A DNA stretch of 64,000 nt. Origin: Octopus bimaculoides (taxonomy: Eukaryota). Under the pieces are notes generated by a model, which saw only the letters and a list, made by a program, of their open reading frames with translations, did no database searches and was not told where the DNA came from. The stretch lies in NCBI RefSeq assembly GCF_001194135.2, contig NC_069005.1:31389476-31453475 (forward strand), read 5' to 3'. The position numbers were made by a program, and so were the translations under genes. Positions 51,072 through 64,000 of the stretch are shown here, in pieces (position 1 is the stretch's first letter; every line of letters begins with the position of its first letter).

Positions 51072-51297
51072 CTCATTAGCATTTAAACTGGCCAGCCATA
51101 TCTTGTCAGAATATTCTACCTGTTTTACATTCAAACTGACCAAATATGACCCCTCCACACTTACCTTACAATATTATTCTAAAAATAAACAATGACATCA
51201 TTGAAATCTCACAGCTATGAGATAAAGCAGGATTAATTCAAAAGAATATGAATAAATAAGCATTACATTAGACAGAATAAGCTGAATGCTAAGGGGT
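51072..51297 (-). mobile_element. piggyBac-type MITE (family 2), reverse copy
   Basis: Reverse-complement similarity to 14956-15176 (TTAGCATTTAAACTGGCC ... GCTGAATGCTAAGGGGTT). Confidence 0.7.
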
Positions 51298-51784
51298 TTA
51301 GTTGATCCCAAAGTCATCATAGAAAACACTTACTCAAAGTGCTACACAGTTGGATCAAATCCAAGTGATTCTAAAGGAACTTTTTTTGACCACATTGCAA
51401 TGGTCGCATCTTTAAATGCAGTTAGTTTTTTTTTTGTTTTTCTGAAATATGAAGTTTTGTGCATGTCATGTAATGAAAAAGAAAAATTATATACTAATAG
51501 AAATAATGACCAGAGATTAAAAATAAACGAAACTGTGTTATATTTGTCCTTGGCTTATCTTTTGTTCTGCACAGGTTACAAAGCTTTGACCTGATTCTCT
51601 TTACAAACTTTATTAATTTGCCAGTGTCTTCATTTGCAATCTGATCATATGACGTTTGTATATGAGACCTTTATTATAGAATGAAGGGCACACTCTTAAG
51701 TTTGTCTCTTAGTTGGAGTGGAGGGCTCTTATTGTTACATAAAGGTAGGTTTCTTGTTTTGAAATACTACTATTACTAATAATG

Positions 51785-52150
51785 ATAACCCTTTCTAAAA
51801 TAGACACAAGGCCTGAAATTTGGGGGAGGGGACCAGCTGATCATATCAGCCCCGGTGTTTCACTGGTACTTATTTTCATTGACCCCGAAATGATGAAAGG
51901 CAAAGTCAACCCCAGTGGAATTTGAACTCAGAATGTAGCGATGGGTTAAATGCTGCTACGCATTTCTTATTTTGATACAAGGCTAGCAATTTTATGGGGA
52001 TGGAGTAAGTTGATTACATTGACCGCCCCCAAGTAATTGACTAATATTTCCATTTATTGACCCTTAAAAGATGAAAGGCAAAGCTGACCTTGGTTGGGTT
52101 TGAACTCAGAAGATAAAAAGTCAAAAGAAATGTCACTGAGCATTTTATCT
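51785..52150 (-). mobile_element. SINE C tandem dimer
   Basis: Copies at about 51785-51960 and 51972-52150. Confidence 0.75.
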
Positions 52151-53029
52151 GATTCACTGCTCACCTCCCTCCCTCTTCCTTCCTCATATGTATGTGTACA
52201 TATATGTGTATTTTATATATATATATATATATATACTCAATTATAAAAGAGCTAATAGTTTCATGTTTAAAGGTACACCTAATGTTATGTACTAAGCCCA
52301 AAGATTGCTTGGAGATACGTGACGTTATATAAATCTGCCAATTTAATGTATCTCAAAGCATGAAACTATTGGTAGCTCTTTTGTAATTGTATATATATTA
52401 AATGATATTTATCTCTCACTAGATGGTGTAGTCTTTCTGTTGATCTTAACCTGTAATTGAACTGTAAACTATATATATATATATATATTTATTTGTGTGT
52501 ATGTATGTATATTATCTGGTTTTACTAATTTGATATTCCATTTGCAGTATAGCTTAAAAGTATCCATTACTGGATGCTAATATCAGCATGCTACTAAATT
52601 GCTTTTATAAAAGAAATAAGAGAAAGAAAATATTTTAAGACGCAAACTAGCAACAGCAACAGCAACAACAACAACAACAACAATCTGTTTTTGCATCCTT
52701 ATCTGAGATTGAACTGGTGTATATTTACTTTGATCTCGTTCCTTAGAACTGGCTGTTGTAATTAGATTGTTGTTTAGCCCCAGGTCTGTTTTATTGGAAC
52801 GGATTCATCGGTGAAGTAATTATGTTGTTGTTGTTGTTGTTGTTGTTCTAATGGTGGTCGTTGTTTGTTTAACACTAGGTCAACTCTGATAGAACAGCCT
52901 TATGATTCAAGTGTTGTTATTGTGTAAGCCCAAGGCCGAGTCGAGTCTAATTGATCAAACCTCTATTTGTATGTGTGTGTGTGTATGCATACATACGTGT
53001 GCAGGAGTGTTTATGTCTTATTGTCTTGG

Positions 53030-53491
53030 TCATTTGCATACAGCCAATCAGAGCTCACCTTGACCTTGGTGTCAAGTTAAGAAACACCCTCTACCAAGGA
53101 AATTCAAGATGAAGAACGGTGTTGTTTTAAGTTGATCACCAAGTTATGCCTGATTTTAGAAGGAGACAAGTAATTAGATAGATTTGCATCTATACCTGTT
53201 ATCGGATTTTGTTAGGGCCTCCATTTGGTAAAGATTTGGATTGGAAAAATGTGGATAGAGGGTGATGTGCTAGCAAGCCTCTCCCCTTATTGTTTTACAA
53301 AGTGAACAACAACACAAATAATTACGCAGAGGCAGCCATGGTTGGAACAAGAACAAGAACAATAAGTATTCTTAAGAGAGAAAAGAAGCAGGTCATTCCT
53401 TATCCAAATAACCTTATCTTATTGCCAATCACTTGTTATGCGCTCTTAAATTAGTTTGATAGTTGAGCTCTGATTGGCTGTATGTAAATGA
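53030..53491. promoter_or_regulatory. 28-bp inverted repeat of an octamer+CCAAT module bracketing a motif-rich unique segment (candidate enhancer or old element)
   Basis: TCATTTGCATACAGCCAATCAGAGCTCA (53030-53057) vs TGAGCTCTGATTGGCTGTATGTAAATGA (53464-53491), 27/28 match. Confidence 0.5.
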
Positions 53492-55876
53492 GTTCATAAC
53501 TGGAGTCCAGAACTCTTGTGAGAGAAAAAAATTTTGCTTCCAACTCTGCAACTGATGTTTATGTCTAGACTATAGAATCTAATAAAGGTCATCTACTCAT
53601 GTTGTATCTTTCTTGTCGTTATATTTTAACAGTTCAGTAACCTTTCATTGTCAATGCTGTTGTTACCTTGATTAATAGACTGACATTAAAGCTTCTGTTG
53701 TGCTTATCAACAATAAGAATTATTTCTGTGATCCATGATAAATTTCTGTTCAAAGTGTCAGCCAATCACCTGAATTGGTTTCATGTTTTTCTTCCTTATC
53801 AGAAAGTGACTTGGTCATAATGTCCCTTGAGTACCTGCTTATATCAAGTTCAATAGCTGTAGTTGTGTAAAATATTTGTAACACTTGATAAAATATTGTG
53901 TTTCACATAATCACACGACTGGTTAGCAATTGGGTCACAGTAAAAAAAAAAAAATCTGTGAGGATTGCCTGTGATGGAAACAGTGGGTGGATGGCTGTAC
54001 AGGGATATTTTTGTGTGTAGGAAAAGATATAATATGCAGTGGGGTTCCTAGATATAAACTTAATCCATTCCAGAGCTCTAAATGTTAATTGAATTGTTCA
54101 TTACTTGAGCAACTGTAAATGCATACGAATAGGGGTAATTCATTTCAAGTCACACTCAAACTCCACATGAAGCCATGAAATGATGCTTTATTTGTCCACC
54201 ATCAATAACAAATACATACATGTGTGCGCACACGCATATATCTCATGTCTTGGGAGGGTCATAATGCCAATAATAACATGTACTCCGGTTCAGTTACACT
54301 TCTTTGGGCCATATAAGGCCAGTTTAGATGCTAAAGAACTAAAGCAATTTTTTCTCTTCATGACTAAAGCAGTTTTTTTTCCTTCATTAACTCCATATTT
54401 TTTAATTTTTTGGTTAGTTTATTTCTAACCACTTGAATCGAATATCTTGAAACAATGAACAAAGACAGTATCTGAGTCTATTTATTTTACATTTGTTTCT
54501 TGCTGGTTCCAATGTGTATTATATTTTGTATGCAGTGAGTAGGAACGTGTAATCTTGACTTTAAGTATCTGGTCAAGTTCCATCCCATTCCCCCCTCACC
54601 GTTATTTTAACACAATTGTATTCGAATTCCTGGAATTGATCGTTTGTTTACTAGAGTTAAAACAAATAAACGAATAGATAAAGGAAGCGTGTGCCTAGTG
54701 TTTATATTGGTGAGAAATATAGGTCACATCATCATCGTCATCGTTTTAATGTCCACTTTTCCATGCTGGCATGGGTTTGAAGGAAGTTATTGAAGCAGAT
54801 TTTCTATGACCAGATAACCTTCCAGATGCCAACACTTAGCTGTATTCAAGAAAGGTAATATTTCCATGTGGCCAGACATGTTTTTGCAGAATATTGGAAC
54901 GGAATGACAGCCACTCTCAACTGCCACCTGATATCGAGAAAAAGTGACATAAACATACTTGACACACACACACACACACGCACATATGCACGCGTGATGG
55001 CTTCTTTCTGTTTTGGTCTACTAAATCTACTCTCGATGCTTTGGTCAGCCTGAGGTTATAGTAGAAACCTGAAATCCTGTGGTTGAGAAGCAAACTTCAT
55101 GTCCACATAGCCATGTCTGGGCCTTGGGTGATGGTCACATTTTAAAATTATAGCACGAGTTTATTACATATATTGCAGCTTGTGTTGTAGTAGTGAAAGT
55201 GTCTTACAAAGTTTATTGTTGGGACTGTGTAAAAATGTGAGAACTGATGTTTCTGGTTTTTTTTTTTCTATATTTTTATTCTTGCCCCTTTTTTACACCA
55301 TTCATAAGTACAGTGCTTGTTATCATTAGTTCAGGTTTTATTATCGTTGCTGATTTCCATTCCAAGACCCTTACCTTTTTATTTATTTATTTATCACTTC
55401 ACTTGATGTTTTTGGTCAGAGGATATCAAAATATCTATTTGAACACAGTTTTCCTTTCTGTGATTAAGATATCCCAGTAGCTCATAGAGATAAGAACAAC
55501 TTTCTCTTTTTCTTTTGGTGTAAAGCTAGTTTTTATTATTTCCTCTCTCTATCTAGAAGTGTCAAATGGTGTTTTCTATTTTGATGTGGAATGGTTAATA
55601 CACTTGTCTTAGAGTATTGGTGCTACTTTGGTTATTGGTTATCTACATTGTCTCCAATATCTAGGAATTTAGGAGGACCTTGTTGAAGACTTTATAGTAG
55701 TTAATCTTAGCTTTTTTTTTTTTTCTTTGTTAAAACCAAGTATTTACTTCTTTAAGTACTTCAAGCAGAAATGGAAGCTTTGCCAATTCTAGGAATCTTC
55801 TATTTGCTGGAAGTCTTGATTCTAGTGGGAAATGTCCTGCTATTTATACTGATTCATCCTTATGTTATTGTATTCC

Positions 55877-55916
<40 letters not shown>

Positions 55917-58304
55917 ATGTAATTTGCATTTTTAGTATTCATCATCACCATCATCAACAATTAACATCCGTCGTCCATACTGGCATGGGCTGGACAGTTT
56001 GATTACGGCTAGCAAGCTAGAAGACTGCACCAGACTCCAGTCTGTTTTGGTATGGTTTCTACAGCTGGATGCCCTTCCTAAACGTGCTACTGGTACGGGT
56101 GCCATTTGCATGACACCGGTATCTTCCATGACTGTGGTTTTACTTGGCTTAATAGGTCTTCTTCTCAAGCATGTTATTGTTAAGGTGGTGAGCTAGCAGA
56201 ACTATTAGCATGCTGGACAAAATGCGTTATGGCATTTTGTCTGTCTTTACGTTTTGAGTTCAAAGTACACTGAGGTCAGCTTTGCCTTTCATCCTTCTGG
56301 GGTCAATGAAATTAGTACCAGTTAAGCACTGGGGTCAATATAATCCCGGAGATTAATTAACAGATATTAGTATTGCTAGGAGTATTGGGCAAGTTAATTC
56401 AAAGACCCCAGCCTTTTCTGATGCGGTTAGGTTTTTAATAATATGATAAAGAAAAAAAGTGGGAATCCAGCACGTGGCTCTTAAGAATATAGTCATTTCT
56501 ATTTTTAGATCTAAATAGAAGCGCATTCTTTCCTTTGAAATGGAGATGGCACTAAACCTCAGTCATGTTTTTAATGACTAATTCTACCTAGAATTGTTTG
56601 ATATTGTATGATGCACTCTAAATATATTTGTGTTAACTCACCTTAGCTGCCTTGCTCCACTGAGCAAAAAAGAAGAAAAAAAGTTTGGTATTATATCTTC
56701 TTCATGGTTGAGTGTTTACCCAAAGGATGGGCAATTAGTTTAGGGTCCGTGGCATCCCTCGACCCTTAGAGGTATGGCTGCAGGTATCATTAAGAAGTAG
56801 ATGTCACAGTAGATGGTGTTGGTGAGTTTGTGTCCATGTAACTTAGCAGTTCAGCAAAAGAGACCGATAGAATAAATAGCAGGCTTAATAAAAAAAAAAG
56901 TACTGGGGTCGATTTGTTTGACTAAAATTCTTCAAGGCAGTGCCCCAACATGGTTGCAATCTAATGATTGAAACAAAATATAAAATAAAATTTTAAAAAT
57001 AAATTGCAAAAAGGTCAGTACTTGGAATTTGCACACTCGTGTGTGTGTATGTGTTTGTTTATATGTGATGGGCTTCTTTTAGTTTCCAGTCAACCCAGTT
57101 GGCCTGAAGCTATAGTAAAANNNNNNNNNNAAGATTCCACATAGTGGGACTGAAAACCTGGAACCATGCGGTTGGGAAGCAAACTTCTTGCCACACAACC
57201 ACACGTGCATGTATGTGTGTGTGTGTGTGTATTGAAATTAGTTTCAAAGAAGGGGAAGTTCTATTTTTAGCACTTTTGGTAATGTTACTATTAATAGCCA
57301 TTATTTACTTATCTGTTTGTTTAATCAAATTTTTTGATTGGCTTTTGGAAACCTAGTGATTCAGAAATGTTGACTATTATTATTTATTAATTTTTTTTTT
57401 TCATTTTCTTGTTTTTGTTTATATTACCTGAACTGCCAATGCATGGTTAATTTTCTGTCAAACTCTTTCTCTCTCTCTCTCTCTCTTTCTCTCCCTTTCT
57501 CTCTCTATCTCTTTCTCTATCTCTCTCTTTCTCTCTCTCTCTTTCTATCTCTCTCTCTCTCTCTCTCTCAAGTCAACTTGTGTGTCTGTCCCCCTTTCCC
57601 CCCACCATCTCCTGCTGTCTTTGCTTATAGAGTCCCTAAAACAAAACAGAAACAAAAGACTCACNNNNNNNNNNNNNNNNNNNNNNNNNNNNNNNNNNNN
57701 NNNNNNNNNNNNNNNNNNNNNNNNNNNNNNNNNNNNNNNNNNNNNNNNNNNNNNNNNNNNNNNNNNNNNNNNNNNNNNNNNNNNNNNNNNNNNNNNNNNN
57801 NNNNNNNNNNNNNNNNNNNNNNNNNNNNNNNNNNNNNNNNNNNNCCCCCTTCTCTCCTTACATTACAGCCAACCTGTAGCTTTCATGGCTCACCTCTCCA
57901 AATGATCTCACCATCATCTTTGAAATTACTCATTGCTCTCCTTCTACTCTTCAGTCTCCTTCTCCTCCTCTTTACTTTCTTCTCTTTTTCACACACCATC
58001 TTTTTTTTTCCAAGGTGTGTTTTCTGTCAAAAATGAATTTGTGGTTTTTTGTTATTAGCTTCTGATGCTGTCTAATGTCTATAACAACTTGAAATATTCA
58101 GTCTCATCCTTCCATCATACTCATCTTATCCCTTTAAACCTCCCTTGTCTGTCTGCCTGTCTCTCTCCCTCTCTCTCTCTTTCCCTTCCCTTTATCACAT
58201 ATACATTCCCTTATACATACATGAACATATATATGTATATTTACATAAACACACGTGCACACACACACATATATATATACACACACACACACACATACAC
58301 CTAT

Positions 58305-58379
<75 letters not shown>

Positions 58380-58860
58380 NNNNNNNNNNNNNNNNNNNNN
58401 NNNNNNNNNNNNNNNNNNNNNNNNNNNNNNNNNNNNNNNNNNNNNNNNNNNNNNNNNNNNNNNNNNNNNNNNNNNNNNNNNNNNNNNNNNNNNNNNNNNN
58501 NNNNNNNNNNNNNNNNNNNNNNNNNNNNNNNNNNNNNNNNNNNNNNNNNNNNNNNNNNNNNNNNNNNNNNNNNNNNNNNNNNNNNNNNNNNNNNNNNNNN
58601 NNNNNNNNNNNNNNNNNNNNNNNNNNNNNNNNNNNNNNNNNNNNNNNNNNNNNNNNNNNNNNNNNNNNNNNNNNNNNNNNNNNNNNNNNNNNNNNNNNNN
58701 NNNNNNNNNNNNNNNNNNNNNNNNNNNNNNNNNNNNNNNNNNNNNNNNNNNNNNNNNNNNNNNNNNNNNNNNNNNNNNNNNNNNNNNNNNNNNNNNNNNN
58801 NNNNNNNNNNNNNNNNNATTTATTTATTTTCTCTGTCTCTTAGATCTAAACCTACCAAAG

Positions 58861-58898
<38 letters not shown>

Positions 58899-60799
58899 AC
58901 ATGTTTGTCACCCCCACTATCACTTGACAACTGATGTTGGTGTGTTTACATCCCTATAGCTTAGTGGTTTGGCAAAAGAGACTGGTAGAATAAGTACTAG
59001 GCTTACAATGAATAAGTCCTGGGGTTTATTTGTTCAACTAAAGGTGGTGCTCCAGCATGGCAACAGTCAAATGACAAACAAATAAAAATAAAAAAAGAAT
59101 AACTGAATAAATAGTATATAATTGGAGGGTAATTTGGCTGTTGTTTCTAGCAGGTGGAACATCTATGTAGAAGCTGTCGTTGGTTCGTTAGTGCCCCTAG
59201 GTACACACTATTGGTATCCCACCACCACTGACCTCTACAGCTGCTTTCATTTTTTTAGATGCTACTAACTGCTGCAATTTTAATATAAAGTTAAATGACT
59301 ATTAAAGACATCCCCGCCTCACTTTTCCTTGCCTCTTCCAGTACCTGATACCTGCATTTCTTTTCCCCTCCCCCTCTCTCACCTGTCTCTATGTTTCTCT
59401 GTCTCCCTCCTCCTTGCATTTGGTCTCATGTCAAAACAATTTAACTGTTAAATTTTTGCGGTTTCCAGTTGTTGTTGATGTTGTTTTTTTTCCCCCAACA
59501 CTGTTATTATATAATTAAAAAAAAAATGTTATATTGCCATTGTTAGTTAAGAGAGACCAGCCTGAACTGTAATTAAGGTAACTGGCTGAATTCATAAGGT
59601 GTTTTACTTTAATTTAATAACAGTTGCAAGCTAATATTTCCTTTTAGTACTGACTATATGATAGTGTATAGTTAAATAACACCTACCACCACCGCTGACA
59701 AAAACACCACTAATGCCATCAACACCACCACCACCACCATGTTAAAGATGTGTTTTCACCAGAAGAGATCCTTGCCAACAGTAAGGCTCAGCATTTGGGG
59801 ATAACTCTGAGGCTGTTGGTGAGTACCATTCATGTTTGGGATGGTATGCTGTAGTGTTTGCTTGATATTAGTGCAGGTCTCTCTGGCTTTTCAGGAGGAT
59901 ATTGAAGAATTATGGGCCCTTGAAAGCCAAGGGCTTCTTTCAGATCCCACTTAAGTCCACTCACAAGATTTTGGTTGATCTGGGGCTATAGTTGAAGACA
60001 ATTGCCCAAGGTGCTCTACAATAGGACTGAATCCAAGATCATGTGGCTGGGGAGCAAGCTCTTAACTACACAACCATGTCTGTGCCTGGTTTCATACCTG
60101 TATCAAAAAAAACCAAAGTGACACTGGGGTAAAATATACGAAGCCCAGTATATCCATCATGACTACCCGTCTCGTAAAGGTACACCAGGCACATGCATCA
60201 CAACCACATGTGCATGATATGGTGATTTCATATCGAGATAAACAGCACATGACCTTGCAGGTGGGGCCCAGTTGGAATTATCATCAGGTCAAGTTGCCCA
60301 TCCCGCTCAATAGGTCCTTGAATAAAGGTTGTTTAAGGATGTTGAACGGAACACCCATGTTTCCAGAGGTTAATTATTCAAACCCCAAAGAATCCCTCTC
60401 AACACTTGGCTGTGATGTTCCCCCACTACTTCTGCTTGTGATCAGAGATGCACATATCGTCAGCCACCAAGGGACATGATCAACTGGTTAAGATCAAGCA
60501 ACTGACAAGCAAATCTGTGGTATTGAGCAGAATATCTGCTGTAGACCATCTTTTATGCCAAGACAAAACAATGTACATGATAACACTTCCAGTCAGTTTG
60601 TGCTCTCTGAGTGCTCTTGTTATTATTATTATTAATTTGCCAGGCTTAGTGTGGTCCTTTTTTGAAACAATAAAACAATAGAGCATAATTTAAGAGATTT
60701 GGCTACTGTTTCCAGCAAGTGGAGTACTTTCATTGGTTCCTGTTTTTGTCAGTGTTTCAATGAGTGTGGTAGTAGCATGAGGGGTCGGTGTGGACTCTA

Positions 60800-61060
60800 A
60801 CAGTGGGGTGTGATTTGATAAAGAGATTTGGCTGCTATTTCTAGCTCTGCCTATAGCTCATATTCTCTTGGTTGCAATATTGCTAGTAGAAGTCTGACAG
60901 TAGGATGTGATTTGATTGAGATTGACTGCTATTTCTAGCTCTGCCTATAGCTCACATTTCCCTGGTTGCAATGTTGTTGGTAGAAATCCGACAGTAGATG
61001 TGATTTGATAGAGATGTAACTGCTATTTCTAGCTCCATCAATGCCTCATATTTCCTTGGT
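60800..61060 (+). repeat. ~95-bp tandem repeat (about 2.6 units) built from a dispersed short element
   Basis: TGTGATTTGAT anchors at 60809, 60906 and 60999. The same GTGTGATTTGA..GAGATTTGGCTGCTATTTCTAGC motif is dispersed at about 7225, 9185, 14100, 15260, 34900, 38920, 59120 and 60690. Confidence 0.8.
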
Positions 61061-61362
61061 ATGTCTATGAGATGATAGCAATGGCGTTACTGGAACTGCT
61101 AGTATGCAGTTATTTTCTTATTGAAAGGATATATTCTAAGAACCACACAGTTTTCTAAATTGAAATATTGTATTTTTTCCCCCTCTCTCTTCCTCAACTG
61201 ACATAAAAAAAAGTAGGGGGGGATGAGTTTTTTTTTTTTTTTTGTGGGGAGGAGGTATTTGTTCCAAGTAAATTTTTTTGGGGGTTTTTTTTTGTCTTTA
61301 AAAAATATTTTTATTATCTATTTTTTCCTCTTCACAGAACACAGGTATTATTGTGCTTGTGA

Positions 61363-61395
<33 letters not shown>

Positions 61396-61707
61396 CATGC
61401 ATATTTGTGTGCTTTTAGTTTTTAAGACAGATTTTCAATTTGTGTTTTTGGTTTTGTTATTTGGCAGGTTTTCAGAAAAATAACAAGTGTATGTGTGTAT
61501 ATACATGTACACAGACATGTATGCACACACATGTANNNNNNNNNNNNNNNNNNNNNNNNNNNNNNNNNNNNNNNNNNNNNNNNNNNNNNNNNNNNNNNNN
61601 NNNNNNNNNNNNNNNNNNNNNNNNNNNNNNNNNNNNNNNNNNNNNNNNNNNNNNNNNNNNNNNNNNNNNNNNNNNNNNNNNNNNNNNNNNNNNNNNNNNN
61701 NNNNNNN

Positions 61708-61760
<53 letters not shown>

Positions 61761-62013
61761 ATAGATATCAGTGGTGCTCTTTCATGATATACAATTAAGT
61801 GGAGTGTTGACTTCAAGTATTTCACTACTCTGTATTATCGTCCACAGTGGTGGGCATGGCTTTCTGGTTGACAAGCTTGCTCTGCAACCACGTGGTGTCT
61901 GGTTTGGCCCCACTGTGTGATGCCTTGGGAAAAATGCTTTCTTGTATAATCCTGGGCCAACTAATAATGCCTTGTGAATGAGTTTGGCAGATGGAAACTG
62001 TATGGAAGCCCAT

Positions 62014-62081
<68 letters not shown>

Positions 62082-62917
62082 GTGTGTGTGCATTTCTTTG
62101 TGTTTGTTCCCCCACCATTTGACAACCAGTGTTGGTTTGTTTATGTTCCCTTTGTTGTTTCACAAAAGAAACTGATAGAATATGTATCAGGTTTATATAA
62201 AAAAAAAAGCACTAGGGTTTGTTTGTTTGCTTAATGACTTCCAGGCGGTGCTCCAGCATGGCTGCAGTCCAATGACTGAACCAAATAGAAAGTATATCCA
62301 TCCATCCATCCACCACTTGGTACTGGTTTGTTTACATCCCTGTAATTTTGTGATTTGGCAAAAGAGACCAACAGAACAAGTACCAGGCTTAAGAAAGAAT
62401 ACAAGACAAAAAAAAAAAATCCATAAAAACTAGTATTGATTTGTTTGATGAAACCCCCTTCAAAATAATGCCTTGGTATGGCTGCAATCCAATGACTGGC
62501 GTAAGCAAGAGATAAAATGATTTGAGACTGGTTGCTCATTTCTGTCTTATAGTCATGTAGAACATATCCAGCAGAGATTTCTTGCTTCTGAATTTTATGC
62601 ATTATGACCTTCCCAGCGAGGTGTTAGGTACTTGTTAGTACTCAGTGCTAGAAATTTACCATTTTGTTGTTGTTGTTGTTGTCGTTGTTGTTGTTGCCGC
62701 TTCTGTTGTTCTAACTATAGTTTGAAGCGTTTTGTTTATGTTCTCATACCAAGCAATCTCCTTCTTCGTTAAACTGGTCTATTTTCATATTCATAAATGA
62801 TGTTGGCATTGTTGTTACGTCAGAAAGAATTTGCTGATGTTTCTCAGAAGGAACAACGATTGTGCAAGTTTTTTATTTCATCACATTTCTCAGTCCTAAT
62901 AATATACTCCAGTTAAA

Positions 62918-63090
62918 TAATAATAATAATAATGATAATGATAATAATTATAATTATAATAATAATGATTATGGTAATATTAATAATGATAATAATGGTG
63001 ATGATGATAATAATAGTAATAATAATAATAATAATGATGATAATAATAATAATAATAATAATATAATAATAGTATAATAATGATAATAAT
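62918..63090 (+). repeat. Imperfect (AAT)n array
   Basis: AAT units interrupted by GAT/TAT/GGT, directly adjacent to the SINE C trimer. Confidence 0.9.
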
Positions 63091-63722
63091 GGTTTCAAAT
63101 TTTGGTATAGGGCCAGCAACTTTTGGGGAGGGGGTAAGTCGATTACATTGACCCCAGTGTTCAACTGGTACTTATTTCATCGATCCGGAAAGGATGAAAG
63201 GTAAAGTCGACTATGGTGGACTTTGAACTTAGAGCGTAACGGCAGACGAAATACTCCTACGCATTTTGCCTGGTGATGCTAACGATTCTGCCAGCTTGCT
63301 ACCTTGCTACCTTTATCATAATAATAATAATAATAATAATGGTCTCAAATTTTGATGCAAAGGCAGCAATTTTGGGAGTGGGGATGAGTCGACTACATCA
63401 ACCCCAGTGTTCAACTGGTACTTATTTTATCGACCCTGAAAGGATAAAAAGTAAAGTCAACCATGGCAGAATTTGAACTCAGAATGCAATGATGGATGGA
63501 ATGTTGCTAAGTATTTTGTCTGGCGTGCTAACGATTCTGTCAGCTCGCTGCCTTAAATAATAATAATTTTTTGCACAAGGCAGGCCATTTTCAGGAGAGG
63601 GGTAAGTCGATTACACCTCAGTGCGCAACTGGTACTTAACAAGCCTGGAATGTAAAGAGCTTCAACAAATGTCATTAAGCATTTTGTCTGATACGCTAAC
63701 GATTCTGCCAGCTCACTGCTTT
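63085..63722 (-). mobile_element. SINE C tandem trimer
   Basis: Copies at about 63085-63308, 63340-63554 and 63570-63722, separated by (AAT)n. Confidence 0.85.
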
Positions 63723-64000
63723 ACCACCAGAATCCAAACTTGATTACTTTCCTGGAATAAGGAGTCTGGAAAGTTATGAATTAATTGTTTATGCTTTAAC
63801 CATTTTGTTACTACATCACAAACGATGAATTTAGGAAAACAACTTCATCATTTATTAAGCTGATGCTTGGAATATTATAAGTTTAATCCAGCGTCGGTCG
63901 AATTATGTTGGTTCCAGTATCTTTTCATATTTGTTGGATGTTTTCAAAGAAATTTAAAACCAAAGATGAAGAAAAGTGATTTTGATTTTCTTACGTCAAT

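Noticed and set aside
63085-63722. Repeat-spacer-like arrays suggesting CRISPR
   Set aside because: Eukaryotic DNA; the units are ~200-bp SINEs separated by microsatellite, with no cas genes.

Overview
AT-rich, repeat-dense eukaryotic DNA from a gapped scaffold (14 N-runs). The SINE/MITE families and the (TA)n/(CA)n/(CT)n/(ATT)n load look like an Octopus (coleoid cephalopod) genome; this is inferred from pattern recognition, not a database search. The only host gene I can support is the first coding exon (3575-4206, +) of a Mondo-family bHLH-ZIP glucose sensor (MondoA/ChREBP; MLXIP/MLXIPL orthologue), recognised by MCR I (IHSGHFMLS) and MCR II (SIDGSLTKLFECMTLAY). It ends at a phase-2 donor (AG|GTGAGT). 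I did not find the expected next exon (K..SPKW..FKG..KIRLNN..WR), so the remaining ~60 kb is most likely intron 1. That intron holds several tRNA-type SINE families, Tc1/mariner, hAT and piggyBac-type MITEs, mariner remnants, an RTE LINE 3' end and microsatellites; a pogo/Tigger remnant lies upstream of the gene. I see no clearly demonstrable new system. The best leads are: (1) a uORF at 3501 that could double as a phase-2 mini-exon giving an MCR I/II-less Mondo isoform; (2) an exact 24-residue periodic echo of the MCR I motif; (3) a 28-bp octamer+CCAAT inverted repeat deep in the intron; (4) a foldback with inverted telomere-like repeats; (5) a SINE that recurs as head-to-tail arrays joined by its own (ATT)n tail. 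All five are hypotheses. SINE family letters (A, C, E, F, G) are my own working labels, and repeat boundaries are approximate unless TIR/TSD coordinates are given.
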